NCBI GenBank assembly: GCA_052426225.1
Contig: JBNJNM010000008.1
Coordinates: forward strand, 62,001 to 126,000
Origin: Zancudomyces culisetae HAW-14-8
Taxonomy: Eukaryota > Fungi > Kickxellomycota
Reading direction: 5' to 3'
Length of the DNA: 64,000 nt
Part shown: piece by piece, positions 33,263 to 47,978 of the stretch
How positions within the stretch are numbered: position 1 is the first letter of the stretch
Layout: every line of letters begins with the position of its first letter
Notes under the pieces: generated by a model
What the model saw: only the letters and a program-made list of their open reading frames with translations
What the model was told of the DNA's origin: nothing
The model's database searches: none
Translations under genes and position numbers: made by a program

Positions 33263-35607
33263 CCTACGGAATATATATATTGTTTTTTTCTTTCGGGATT
33301 GATTGTTTTTCACTAATTGAACTGATTTGACGTGCCGATACTAACCAGAACAAAATTGGTGTATTGGATTTGTACTTTACTCAAGTAGTTATTCCAATTC
33401 TAATCGGTTTTCCTGTATAATGTTCACTATGCAAGCTAAAGTTAAAGTCAGTTTTGTTATTCAAGGTATTTATGAAAAAATCAATATTACTATTATAGCA
33501 AATTGGCAAAATAAAAAAGGAAAATAATATGAATTAATAAACAATCAAGGTAATTCAGTGTTCAAAAAAAAAATCCTGAACTTTTGAAATAATAAAAGCA
33601 GAGCGAGGTTGATGAACATAGGAAAATGAGATGGAAAGGACAAGGTTTTTTGTGACTTTAAAATTTTTTGAATGCAAGCGGGAGCGTGTTGTCTATGTGG
33701 TAAAACCCGCATAAAAACGGGAAACACAAAAAAATTATGGCGGATGAATAAAATCAAACTTTTTAAAATCAAGTACAAATGCAGGTGATAATATAAAATT
33801 TAAACAATAACACAAAAAAATAATTATGGCAATAATATAAAAAATTAGTGCAAAAAAATACTAGCAAAAAAAAACACAAAATTGAAATGGAAATGGAAAT
33901 ATGGTGAAACGACCGTCAAAAAAAAAATCAGCGAAGGCCAAAGTCTAAAACACCAAAATAACTGGCTGATGGCCAATATAAAGATGGTAAAATGCCAAAT
34001 TTTACTAATGGAGAGGATTTTACCAAAAACACACTACCTATTGATATCACTTGATACATTAAAGGTTTCTTTGATACGAGCTCGTCGGATTTTTGTTTAC
34101 AATCGGTGTTTGCATTTTTTCTTATCTTCTCCCTTCCCTTTCCTCTAGCGCCATTTTTTCTCACCCATCACCTCGCCCCTAGTTTGATTTATTTAGTTTT
34201 TGTTTTAGTTTTTTCGTTTTATGCCTTGCTAGGCTAATTTACCAAACCCCATTTTGTTTGAGGTACTCGTGTAGATTTTGATTTTATATCTTGGCTATAG
34301 TTCTTGCTGTTATGTAAAATTTCAATAAATCTCGTTAAATATACTAAAAGAGGTGCTGGTTTATTAAACGAAATAGCAAATAACATCAAAATGCAAGTTT
34401 GTTGGGGGGGAAAAAGTATGGTGAGTTTTTTTTTATTATACATTCTCCCATATTTTGAGTACTGAAATTGGTTTGATATCTTGATTTATAGTCAACTTTC
34501 TATAGTTGTGTATACATATTCATTTTTTTATTTGGAAAATAACGTTGAAAACCAATCAATTGTTACTAAAGCTTAAATTGTAAGGGGAAAAGCAAAGTTT
34601 CGAATACCCAACAAATACAAGATGATTATATAAAATCGCTGACATTTATAGAATGATGGTATATTAAAATATTCACAATACAATAAAGACAAGTACAAAG
34701 CATGCCACCTTATATAAACCAAGTTCACATGTATAACATAAAAGTACACCTAGTTTGGTAAAAGCCAATAAATCAGATGAGCTAGTGTAATGTTCGACAA
34801 TTTTTGGTGGAATATTGTTATTTTATTATCAATATATTGGTAGTGGAAGGTTTGAAAACCAAGAGCAAAAATACCGATAATATTCATAATTAGCAATTCA
34901 ATCTGTAAACCACAAACTGCGAAATAGTTTACGGGTATATGCCCAAATGCCATATATCTTCTTAATGGTGGGTATCATAAGCAAATCTTTAATCTAGAAA
35001 ATTCAATAAAATGAAATCGCCTTTTTAACAAACAAAAATGCTCTTAATCATGTCAAACCAAATATATCTATCGAGACAACGGCTTTTATTTATAACTCTC
35101 CCTGTGTATATTGCGGGATGTATTGAAAAAAAAAAGCCCAATCCTATTGAAGTTCTGGCTAGTTTCCAACTCAACAAAAAGTTGGGAAACCTAATTAAAA
35201 AAAAAGCTTGCGAAAATACTGTCTTTAAATGGCGTTTATTTGCGAGAACATTTTTGAAATTTGGCTTTTAAGCCTGCTCAACATAATTGCCATGAGTTAG
35301 TCATTATAGCCTTAACTAATAACCCAGCCATTAATGCAATATCAACATTATATCTGAGAGAATTTGCCACACATTTACCACACATTAAGATTCTGTTTTA
35401 CATTATCAAATACATTTTGTCCGCAATATGCATAAGCTGATAAAACGTTATTAAATAAGAATTTTAAAACTGAAAGCATTTGCAAGTTTAACTTGATAAA
35501 TGGTACAATATTGAGGGTAAATGGATTTAATATTACTGAGTGTTCGTATCAGCTGTTATTGGATTGCAGTGGTAGTAAAGTGCGAGGTAAATGAATGAGC
35601 AAAGTGC

Positions 35608-35632
35608 AGAGGAGAGGAGAGGAGAGGAGAGG
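35608..35632 (+). repeat. (AGAGG)5 microsatellite
   Basis: Read directly from the sequence. Confidence 0.85.
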
Positions 35633-35828
35633 ACAGGTGTAAACAAGATATAAATTATTCGATCAATATGATATGTATACATACATACTTTGAGAGTTTT
35701 AGGACACCATTTACACACTGTTTGGGCATTGAGATCAAATTAAACAATTACCAAATGTAGAACAAATTAAAGTACACAAAATTACAAATAAAGTACAAGG
35801 AATAAAACCTAAAAAGATAATAAAAAAA

Positions 35829-37892
<2,064 letters not shown>

Positions 37893-38189
37893 TTCGAGCT
37901 CGTTTCTTTTATTATTGTGTATGTTTTGTGTATGATTTAATTTAGCGATTGAATATAAATATTTATTAATAATAAAACTAAAAACAAAATTTTGTTTACT
38001 GTTGTAAAAGAGTAGGAAAATAAAAATGGAGTAAAGAGAATTGCGGGAGGTGTGATGGGCAAGAACTGAAAAAAAGGACAAAAAGAAACAAATAAACTGA
38101 AATTTAGAAATTGGAAAAAGAAAAAAAAAGAAAAAAAAAGAAAAAAATACATGTAAAAATCGAACCAATGGGTGCTAGTTAATTGTTGC

Positions 38190-41100
38190 CTATGCTTCTC
38201 GCTTTCTGTTTTTCAGCTTTTCTCGCTGCAACTGTCTAAACTCGACAATTCTACGTTTGAGATCAGGGATTTCAACAACATCGCAATAGTCCAAGGGCAT
38301 TCTATTAAATGGATCACGTGGATCGTTGAGCAAATATGCCTTGATAGTCTTACGGTCCACCACCATATTGCTTGTAGGCAACATGACGGGGTCGGTCATT
38401 AGAGTGTACATGAGAGGATCAAGAAACTCTTCGGGAACATCAGCATCTTGACCATTACCATCGGCGCCACTAGTAAGTTCATCCAAATCTGTGAATTGTA
38501 AGACCAAGTCGTTTACAGTGGTTCCAATCCTGGCGAGTTGTTGGAGCGAAGAGTAAGGTTTTAGAGAGTACTTAGAACAGAGGTCAATGGCTTTGTAGAA
38601 AATAGATGACGACCAACTACGAGAGTCCTGAGCAAGAGCAGACAAAAACAAGTATGGCGGAGAGGATTCAAGAGATTCAAGGTTTTCGTGGTTGATTTGA
38701 GGGAAGGGGGTGGACAGAGAAGTATAGACAGACAACAGCTCAGAGAGCAATAGTCTTGGGTTGAAACGGAAACGGTCATACATGTTTTTAACCTTGAGAT
38801 CATTACATTTGGGACCGGCCAAGACATCAAGGTTGTAATTGAGCATGGCTGCAAGCCGCAAAACAAGTTCTTCAGCGCGGAAGGGGTCTGGAACCTTGCA
38901 GGCCAGAAAAGCAAGAATGTGGACAGTTTCGTGGGCCAGAGTAATGTAAATACTGGCTTGGCGTTCAGCACTGAGCAGTTGGCTTGTAGCATCGCTGGCA
39001 TTGTTATCATTAGAGTTGTCGTTGTTGTCGTTGTCATTGTTGTTGTTATTTTGATTGATGTAATTGGGATCCTGTTCAATTGATTTGATGGTTGATAGCT
39101 TGGACAACGATTCATCAAGTAGATATGTAGTATCGCTGGTCAGCCTGCTAACAAATCTTTCAACTACAAGAATAGAGGCATGACTATTTTTAGAAGGATT
39201 CAGTGTAAAAAACTCAATTGTCTCATCAAGGTAATGGGATTGTGGCTGTTTCCACAGGCTGCGAAGAATTCGGGCAATGTTATAACGCGTATTGAATTTG
39301 TCGTAAAACGATGAAGTCGATTCAGTATGCTCAACATCAACATACAACCGCAGCAGTGCGCCAACTAGCTGCTTGGCACGACGCGCCGACATCAACGACA
39401 TCATAAACTGCTCAACCACTGGGTGTACCATAAACCGTGGCTGCAGCTTGGCAATGTTTGTATCAACATAATCCGTGTCGTCTTCAGGATCACAATATGT
39501 CAGGGCATGTACTACGTCAACCAGCTTGGACTTGAGATGAGGATTTCGAATCGACTCAGGATTGTTCAATCCCAAACTCACTAGATCAATGTACAAGTCT
39601 CCTAGAAGACTGGGTGCTGGTGCTGGTGGCATCAACTCTGGAGATAACAACACGTCTGGTGCATATCGCGCGGCAAACAAAATCAACGAGGATGGATCCT
39701 CCACCAGAAACTCAGGCAGAAATCTAAATTTTCCCTCCTGATCTTGGTCCTGACCCTGACCTTGATTTTTACTTTCTACACTTGCCGAAAAGACCTGTAA
39801 CACTGCTTTTAGTTGGAATCGCATAAATGCAAGTGCCATACTAAGCTTGTTCCGGTCGCACAGCTGTGTTTCCATGCCTACTCGGTTCCCACAAAGGTAT
39901 TTGTAATGCATTTTCAGCCGTTGCACGCCAAACTGTTGCATATTCATCGGCTGTTGCTGTTCTTGCTGTTGTTGTTGTTCTAGCCGTTCGATCTCTTCCT
40001 TGACTTCTCTAACGTTTCGATTCACCATTTCGTACCGTGACATTGTGGCTAATGGTCCAATATGTAATGCCAAACTTGCTATATAAAAACTATCTGCAAT
40101 AAACCCAATTTCCTGGTTTGCACACTGCCGTTCAAACCGATCTGTCTGTTCAGAGTCTGCTCGAATCCGCGTCAGCTCCCGAAACTTCTGTTTAGTTTCT
40201 TCACAAATCTCCTGCCACATTCCTACGCGCACAGCTATCCACTCGTCCAATACTGCCTTGTCTACTTTTCTTAGCATCACATCCGATGTAAATGGCTCGC
40301 TTAACTTCATAAACACAACCGCCAGATTATCCGCAAACCCATCCCCTGCAACCTCTCGCTTATCTACACGCATTCCAGACCGTTTAACGTTACCTCCAAC
40401 CGCCTCTATAGCCCATCTAACCACTCGATCTCGCGCAGTTTTGCCTGCTCGTACCATCATATTCACAATACGATACTGTGCCTCTTGTACCAACATCACT
40501 CTGTTTCGAATGTTTGTCATCGAACTTATCAAGTCCTCTTTACCTTGATTCTCCATTCCAAAATAATATTCTTTCACTTCGGTTCCCTCCTCGAAATACC
40601 CACTAATCGAAAATAATGGTCCCAACAATGTTGTTTCTTCCACCTCCTTTCCTATATTTCCTCGCCCTTGCCACTTATCCTGTTTCATTACAAACCAATC
40701 CACCTGGGTAATTGCCGTTGCTATTGCTTTATTGCTAACCAACCTCTCCATCACCTTGACTTGTGTCCAGAACTTGCCTTCGATTATCTCTTTATTGCGC
40801 ATCACCCGTTTATTAAGCTCTTCCATAACCTTATCCATAAACTCAACCAATTCTTCACCCTCAAACCTCCTACCTACCTCTTCCATATACCTATTCATCA
40901 AATCTTCCTGATCTTCCCTCTCCAGTTCATTGACAAGTACTTCCTGTGCTTTATATTCGCCTCCACTTCCACTCGGATCCTCAAACATTTGACCATACAT
41001 TATTTCCATCCCACTATACGATATCAACAACTCCTTCAGTGCATCCAAGCTTGAGAGCCGCTGAGCCCGCAATTCTACTGCTAGATTGCGACCTCTACTC

Positions 41101-41530
41101 CCATTTAAATTGTTGTATATTTCAACTGCTCTTTTCCAACTATCTAAAAGGTATTTAAAGGACCCGCTCCCAAAGCCACCGGCTTCTAACCGTTCTACTA
41201 TTACTTGCTCTAGCCGATCTTTGGTTATATACAACTCGCCGATTTCTCCACCGTCTATCAGCTCTTGTCGTGTAGATTTCAATTCAAAGATACTTTGTCC
41301 CTGCCCTTGCCCTTGCCCTTCCTATTTATTTATTTTTTCAGATTTACCATTTTCGCTTATCTTTGTTATTATTTTTACTTTGTTGTTCCCATCCCCCAAC
41401 TTGTAACTATATTATATATAGAAAGAAAGAATCGATTGATAAAATCTTTAGAGAATCCTACCTTTAATGTCACCAAAAGGATTCTCGAGAATGCTCCATC
41501 CTCCCACTTTTCTATTCCCTTTTCACTCAT
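38190..41530 (-). CDS. UFD2: U-box ubiquitin chain elongation factor E4; 2 exons (41530-41462, 41321-38190)
   Basis: Ufd2 core motifs (NPHLKSKL, FYDKFNTRYNI, TTYLLDESL, RLAAMLNYNL..L.GPKC..LKV) and a C-terminal U-box PEEFLDPLMYTLMTDPV...DPFNR. Exon 1 (MSEKGIEKWEDGAFSRILLVTLK) joins in phase 0. Confidence 0.93.
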
Positions 41531-41798
41531 TTCTGTAATTATTTTGTTTTTGTATCACTCTTATTTTATATATTTAAATTTCCCGTTTTCAAGCAAAACA
41601 AAACAATAATAATTCAATGCAAAATTAATTAGTTAGCTTTAATATGCAAATATAAACATGTTTAGGTAATATTTTATAGCAAATTTCACTGAAACTTTAA
41701 ATATCTCGTTTATTGTTTTTATTTAACTTTATAATTACTATAGGAAATGTTTGTGCTATTTATAGTTAACCCTAAAGCTAAATAAAATAACCATAGTA

Positions 41799-44700
41799 TT
41801 AAATCAACGCCTGTTCATATCTAATCACCTCCTCGTCAATCTTCTTGAATTGCCATGTCCAGTTTGGATTAATCAAAAACGGTCGCAAATCAAACCGATT
41901 GTCGTCTGGTGAATACGACTCAGCATGGTATGAAGGTGTCAATGTAGTCATTTTGTGTCGGTTAACTGCATAGTAGTAGAAAAACAACTTGACTTTGTTG
42001 GCAATTTGGCGTGGAGGATATTTCGGTCCACCATTGGCTTTGACTTCGGTTGTGCTTGGATTGGGAGAGTCAACAGCCATACCATCGCCTCCCCAGAGAT
42101 TACACAATTGCGTAAACATTGAGTATGGTCCACATTTTGAGATTTTTCTCAGTCGGCCATATACTGACAACTCTTCATATGTCATTCCCATTTCGACCTA
42201 TTCGTTTTTGTTTATAAATAACACTCCCGTTATAACTAGATACAGATATATTTCTAATCTCATCATAAACACAAATTTACCTCATCACTTTGGATAGTGT
42301 TTGTGATCGGAACAAGCTCGGCAGATGGTGTCGCATCTAAAAACCTATTTACACCCACACGTTCACCCCCACGCAGTACCAACCCGAAGATATTGTCACG
42401 TTTAGTTTCCGGAATCTTGATGATTTCTAATACAAATATTGTGAAAATACTTTAAAAACAAAAAATTAAATAAAAAAAAGACTTACGATGTTAAAATTGG
42501 CATTTTGTAATAGTCGCGGGCAAACGACACAAATCCTCTCAAGTCCAGCTTGCTTATTGATCCAATTGGGTTGACATCTGCACTTGAACAGTCATACTTT
42601 GTGAAGTATCCTCTCAAGCTATTATTTATTTATCGTATTTTTGGCTCTGTTAACGATTTGTAAATAAAATAATAAAAAAGATAAAGCATACCTTTCATCA
42701 GCATTCGATGATCCTAGAACCAGTAATGATTTTGGCCTGTTTCTGACCCAAAGTAACAGTGCTGCAAAAAAGTATGCCAAAACCATCCTAAGTCTTGCCT
42801 ACAGTTTATAATTGGGGATCGAATAGAGTTAAAATCAATCATCATTTATCAATCTTCAATCACCTCGTCTTTTCAATATATATTTTTTTGCTACAAATAT
42901 AAATATTAACCGAATATAAAAGGGTTAAAAGATCTGTATTAACCTCACCTGAATATTTTGTAGAGCTAGATTTTCGACGGTTGAACCCCCTTGCGAAGTA
43001 AACCTGGGCTGTTTTGATGTCAAAATAGTAAATACTGCAATTATCGATGCTACTACAGCGTCAAAGTTCAAGCTCACATGGTAACTATGATTATTTTAAT
43101 ATAAAAAATTTGTAATGGCGTTAAACATCAAACATTTTATAGAGCGCAATAGAAACTAGTGACAATACTGAAAATAAAGTACCTTCCAATTTCATTAGAT
43201 AGAGCGAGAGCTCTATCACGTGTATCTTTGCTAGAATTCTCGGTTCCCATATAGCAAGTGTGAACCAGTTTGTTACATAGCTCCTTTGGATCCAATGGGA
43301 TATAAGTGGAAGTTTGTGGGAGACCCAAGATTTCTCTTACTTCTGAAATCACAGTTTTATCTACCAAATATCATTATTTTCAGCATTTTATAGCATATTC
43401 GAAGAGCGATCAAAATATTTTCTACCCACTTTTGTACTTTTATTTTATACTATTTTTTTTTCTGATAAAATCCAAGTTAATGAACTTACCATTATTCTGA
43501 CAAGCCTGGCATACCAAAAAACACATGGAATACGCAATCATGGCAACAGAACAGCTATCTATCCCTCCACTCAAAGGTAAGAAAAAGCCGCCCATTCTGC
43601 TTCGTCTCAAGTAGTCCCACAACCAACATGCTGGTCCCAAATTTATCTCCTCCTGAGCTGAATAAATCCTAACGTTAGATAGCGTTGACGAAACTGGTCG
43701 TTTTGCCTTGGTTATAAAATCAACTTTGACCCGGGGATACGAATCTGATTGCGAAGCTTGTTGGCCAAGACTGGGAATCGATGCTCTGTATGCTAACACT
43801 TCGCTCAGGTCAGCTGTAGCTACTGTTACTTCCTAATTGTTTTCGTTCCATTTCGATTTTTTTTTAAAAAAAAAAATACAAATAAAAAGGTAAAAACAAT
43901 TAAATTTAGTACAAAAATATACACTAGACATTATTTTATACCAAACTTACCACGTCCTCTAGTGAAAATTGTTTTCCAATTGCCAAAGTTTCGCCATTAC
44001 ATATTATCATTGATGAACCATCAAAATACAGTCTATCGCCATCACATCCCTTTTGGTTACTGTATACATAAACCCCTCCACACTATTTTTTTTTTACATG
44101 AACACGTTTGTAATAAATAGTGTTAGTATACCTGTATTTATTTATTATCATATCCATTAACACAAAGTGAATCCCTATGTAGTTAGAATGGAGGAAAAAT
44201 CTTCTTTTCTTTTTCTCACCTTCATTGTTGCTTCTTTAACTAGCGATATTCTTCTATCTAGTTTTCTCAATTCGTGGTGGCTTCCGCTTCCATTAACAAT
44301 AATCTCTGCGCCATCCAGACTCATTCCAATGTGCGCACTTTGGGGAACAAACAGCTCTTCGCACATTTCTATTCCGATACAGCAGTCTTGCGTTGCTATC
44401 AATGCGTCTCCCAATTTTGTTTTTTCCTATTTGTATAGTTTAGTATGAACATTGTAGATATTGTCGTTTTGGGCTTTTTAAACCTGATTCAAGTTATACC
44501 TAAAGTAACTTGTGATAAATTAAAAAATCCTAGTAATATCAAACTTACCTGTCCATTAACACTTCTGATAATCTCTGGAAGTGTAAAATCAACAACTCTT
44601 TTAACCTGAGTCCATGTAATGAACCATCTATATTCCCTATAGTTTCCATCGCTAGCTAGCCACATCTTTGGCCTGATCAGGACTATCTGTCCATTGTAAA

Positions 44701-45336
44701 GCGCCAGTGTGCAGTTATATCTTCGACTTTTGAATATAACTGGCCTATTTATACCCATACATTCAACAACACCATTATATTGTAAACCACGGTCGTTTAT
44801 ACTTTCATCAATATCCATGCTCTTGTTGGATTTTTACATTAGTAATTAACAAGACTTACATTCCTGTGAAAATAAGTATTCCATACAGGTCTTTATCCGC
44901 TAAAAGCTTTGCCACCATTTCCCATGAATGTGTTACCGTGTCGGCTATTTGCAAATGATTTTTTATTTTTAGTACATACTTCTTGTTCAAATTTAATTTA
45001 CTTGTATACTGAATCTGTCAATCGTAAAGAGAATTGTCCTTTATTCATTAATTAGTACCTTCATAGTAATGATCTTGGCAAGAGTAGCCCCTAGCACGAG
45101 TGCAAAAAAAAAACAGATTTACTTGCCATTAAATTTCAATCGAGTTAGAGAAAGGAATAAGGGATAAGGGATAAGGTTAACACTTACGGGATTTCTAATT
45201 CCGAACCCACTCTGATTGTTGCATTTCTCAACTTTGCTTGGATTATACTTTCTCTTATTCGTTCATAATTTCCAGTGAAATCCAGTGCCCACTGATTCAG
45301 CGAGCATGTGGCTATCGTCACTGTTTCATTAATCAT
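41799..45336 (-). CDS. QNS1: Glutamine-dependent NAD+ synthetase, about 13 exons
   Basis: Nitrilase-like N-terminal domain ([50 protein letters not shown]). Synthetase domain ([85 protein letters not shown]). Confidence 0.95.
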
Positions 45337-47978
45337 TTACAATAATAACAGTCTGTTTTTTTTTTCTTCTTTTGTTTAGCAAATGATATTGCCTAGTGAT
45401 TCAGTCTTGATATCTTTTAAAGAAAAAGTAGAGGGCAAAAATATAATTTGTATAGTTTTGCTATTAGCTATTGTATATATAATATTTTATAGTTTGAATC
45501 GCTATTTATTTACAGCTCCTCTTTTCCCTACAACCAATATCACCCAGCACAATTGAAATCTGTGGTTTTTGTTTGAAAAAAAAAAGAATCATTAAATTCC
45601 TGCCCGAGTTAGATTTTTTTTTAACAGATAGACTATTGCTCTTTCCGGTTTTTTTTTTAAAACGTTTTTACGTCTAAAACGCAGAAATTATTTCATCATT
45701 ATTTTGTATCCGACATTTTGAAAAGTCATGAAATATTTACTTACCTAGGAGGGGAAAGTCTAGAGTCGTTTTATCCTTTGAACATTGGTTTTCATTTGCT
45801 GCTAATACTGCCATTATATTTCCGAAATTCCGTTTGCTTGAATTAAGGCGCTAACGATCCTGTTCACAATTACCGGGATCGTTAAACTTGCCATACACTC
45901 GGAATAACAGTTTTTGTAAAGTTTTCAAGTAATTATGTGCAAAATTCCTGCGCACTTTTCCGTCCAGTTTCTGAATAGGAAACTAACAGGATTTCACGTA
46001 TAAAATATTACGGACTATTTACAAATGCTGAGAAAAAAAAGATTTTGTAATCCTTTCTCGCTGTTTACTCGTTTACATAAACTGTGTAAAAGGAGAGTAA
46101 AAAAAAAAGAGAGTTTCGGAAACAATCCCGGAATTAATTTAACAGACCATCTGGTCTGTTATGAAAAGCTTAATGTGGAAAATCGTGATATGGGGTGATA
46201 CGAGATGATGTGAAGAGGGAGTGTGGGGAGAGAAATAGAGAGTACTAAGCTGACCATCAACATATAGCAAATATCTATTCACACGGTTTTTTTTTCTTGT
46301 TCACGTATATTGTAGATCCCGAATTTTAAGCAGGTCATAACTAAATCTGAGGCTTGAAACCAGATTGCAAATGAAAGACCTTTTAAATATTTTAACGGTT
46401 ATTTTTCGATTGGGGTTTGACCAAAGAATCAAAAATACAAGATAAACACACAAACCCCTCTTGGTTTTCAGACTTTAGGGGGGCAGGATTTGTGGTCTTG
46501 TCTCAGTCCTCCTCGTCCCGCCCCCCCTCCCATCCACACTGATACTTGCAACATAATTCCAAAGAAGGTAAATCGAATAATATAGAGAACTTGTAAATTA
46601 AATGAATATCAAGCATAACATTTTTATTTAGTTTGTAGTAATGAGATCAGATAAAAAAGAAAATACATAAAATACAAATATCATACAAAAAATATACTAA
46701 TCAAATAAAACTACAGACAAAAACGCAAACAACCAGGACACTTGAAATCTACAGACATTAAAGTTGAATAAAAAAAAAGAGTTATTAGTATAGCTGCAAA
46801 TTTCACAATCTACTAAAGACAAGTACCAGGGATACTTGAGGTTAGATTATGTGCACTAGTGCATTAGTGTATGAATTGAATTAATCAGTCATTTAAAGGG
46901 TGTTATCATGGCAAGCGTTTTTAATAGCTACTTTGAAAAAATAATACCACAAAAAAAGCACTTGTAAATTTTAGGCGATTAAGCACTTTTATTGTGATAC
47001 CTACCCGCCCTCCTTCAGCAACCAAAAAGAAAAAGGCAGTGAAAAAGGGGGAAGGCAGACTACTAAAACAACTCGTGTAAAGTACATGATCAAACGCAAA
47101 TTACTTTAAGATCGCATCATTTAAAACATACACGCACATGTACACATCCATGTATAGTAATTTAAAGAAAGAAAGACATACTTACATTAGTTATAAACGT
47201 GTTGTTCTGGATTTAAATCTGGCCTTTAAAATTAGAATAAAATTGAAAAATTACAAAGGTCTCAAGTTTTTTTGATATTTGCCCCTTTTTATACTAATTT
47301 CTGGAATTAAAAAAAAAATTTTTTTTTGTATATTTTTTGGTTTTCCGATTTTTATTTTGGTTAAGAATATGCTGAAAATCAAACAAACAAATAAATAAAT
47401 AAAAATAAATAAAAATTTTTTTACAACTAGAAATTGGGTGATGGGGGTAAAAGAGAGTATCGATTGATTCGCTACTATTCAAATTATGTAAAACGCTACG
47501 AATTCTTTTATTTTGACACCGCCAAAATATATACCAAAAAATAATCTGTTCAATTATTATTGGGGGTGAGGGGGGGGGGAGAGAATAGATAATTGTAATG
47601 ATGAGTATATATTTACACATTATACAAATGTTAAGCGCATAACCATCAACATTTTAAAATATGTTTGAATGTAATATTGGCTATTTGGGCTAAAAATAAA
47701 AAGAATAGGTACCATCCCTCCGTGCTACACTCTAGTTTTAAGAGCGTATAATGACGGATCAAAAGTCAAGCCATTAGACCAACTTCAATATCCGCCTAGC
47801 GCCTGGTTTTTGTATTAAAAAAGAAAAGAAAATGAAAGAGTACTTTGATTAGTATATGACTAGTAGTATATTCATAGCTGGGTATACCATATAAAACAGA
47901 AAAGTAAAAAAAAAAAAAAGACATCTATCAATTATTGGAAAAAAAATAAAGAGGTAATAAATAAAAAAACACTCCAAG

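Noticed and set aside
31552-35632. (CCTCT)n and (AGAGG)n as inverted termini around the Rho locus
   Set aside because: Simple microsatellites with no transposase or target-site duplication; most likely coincidence.
37893-38168. Phe-rich N-terminal extension of ORF 37266..38168
   Set aside because: Starts at a non-ATG codon and translates a poly-T intergenic tract; not a credible membrane segment.
45739-45900. U1 snRNA-like 5' end ACTTACCTAGGAGGGGA and RNase P-like GGAAAGTC
   Set aside because: No U1-70K loop (GATCACGAAG) or U1A loop (ATTGCAC), and no correctly placed RNase P CR-V. Better explained as an antisense splice donor.
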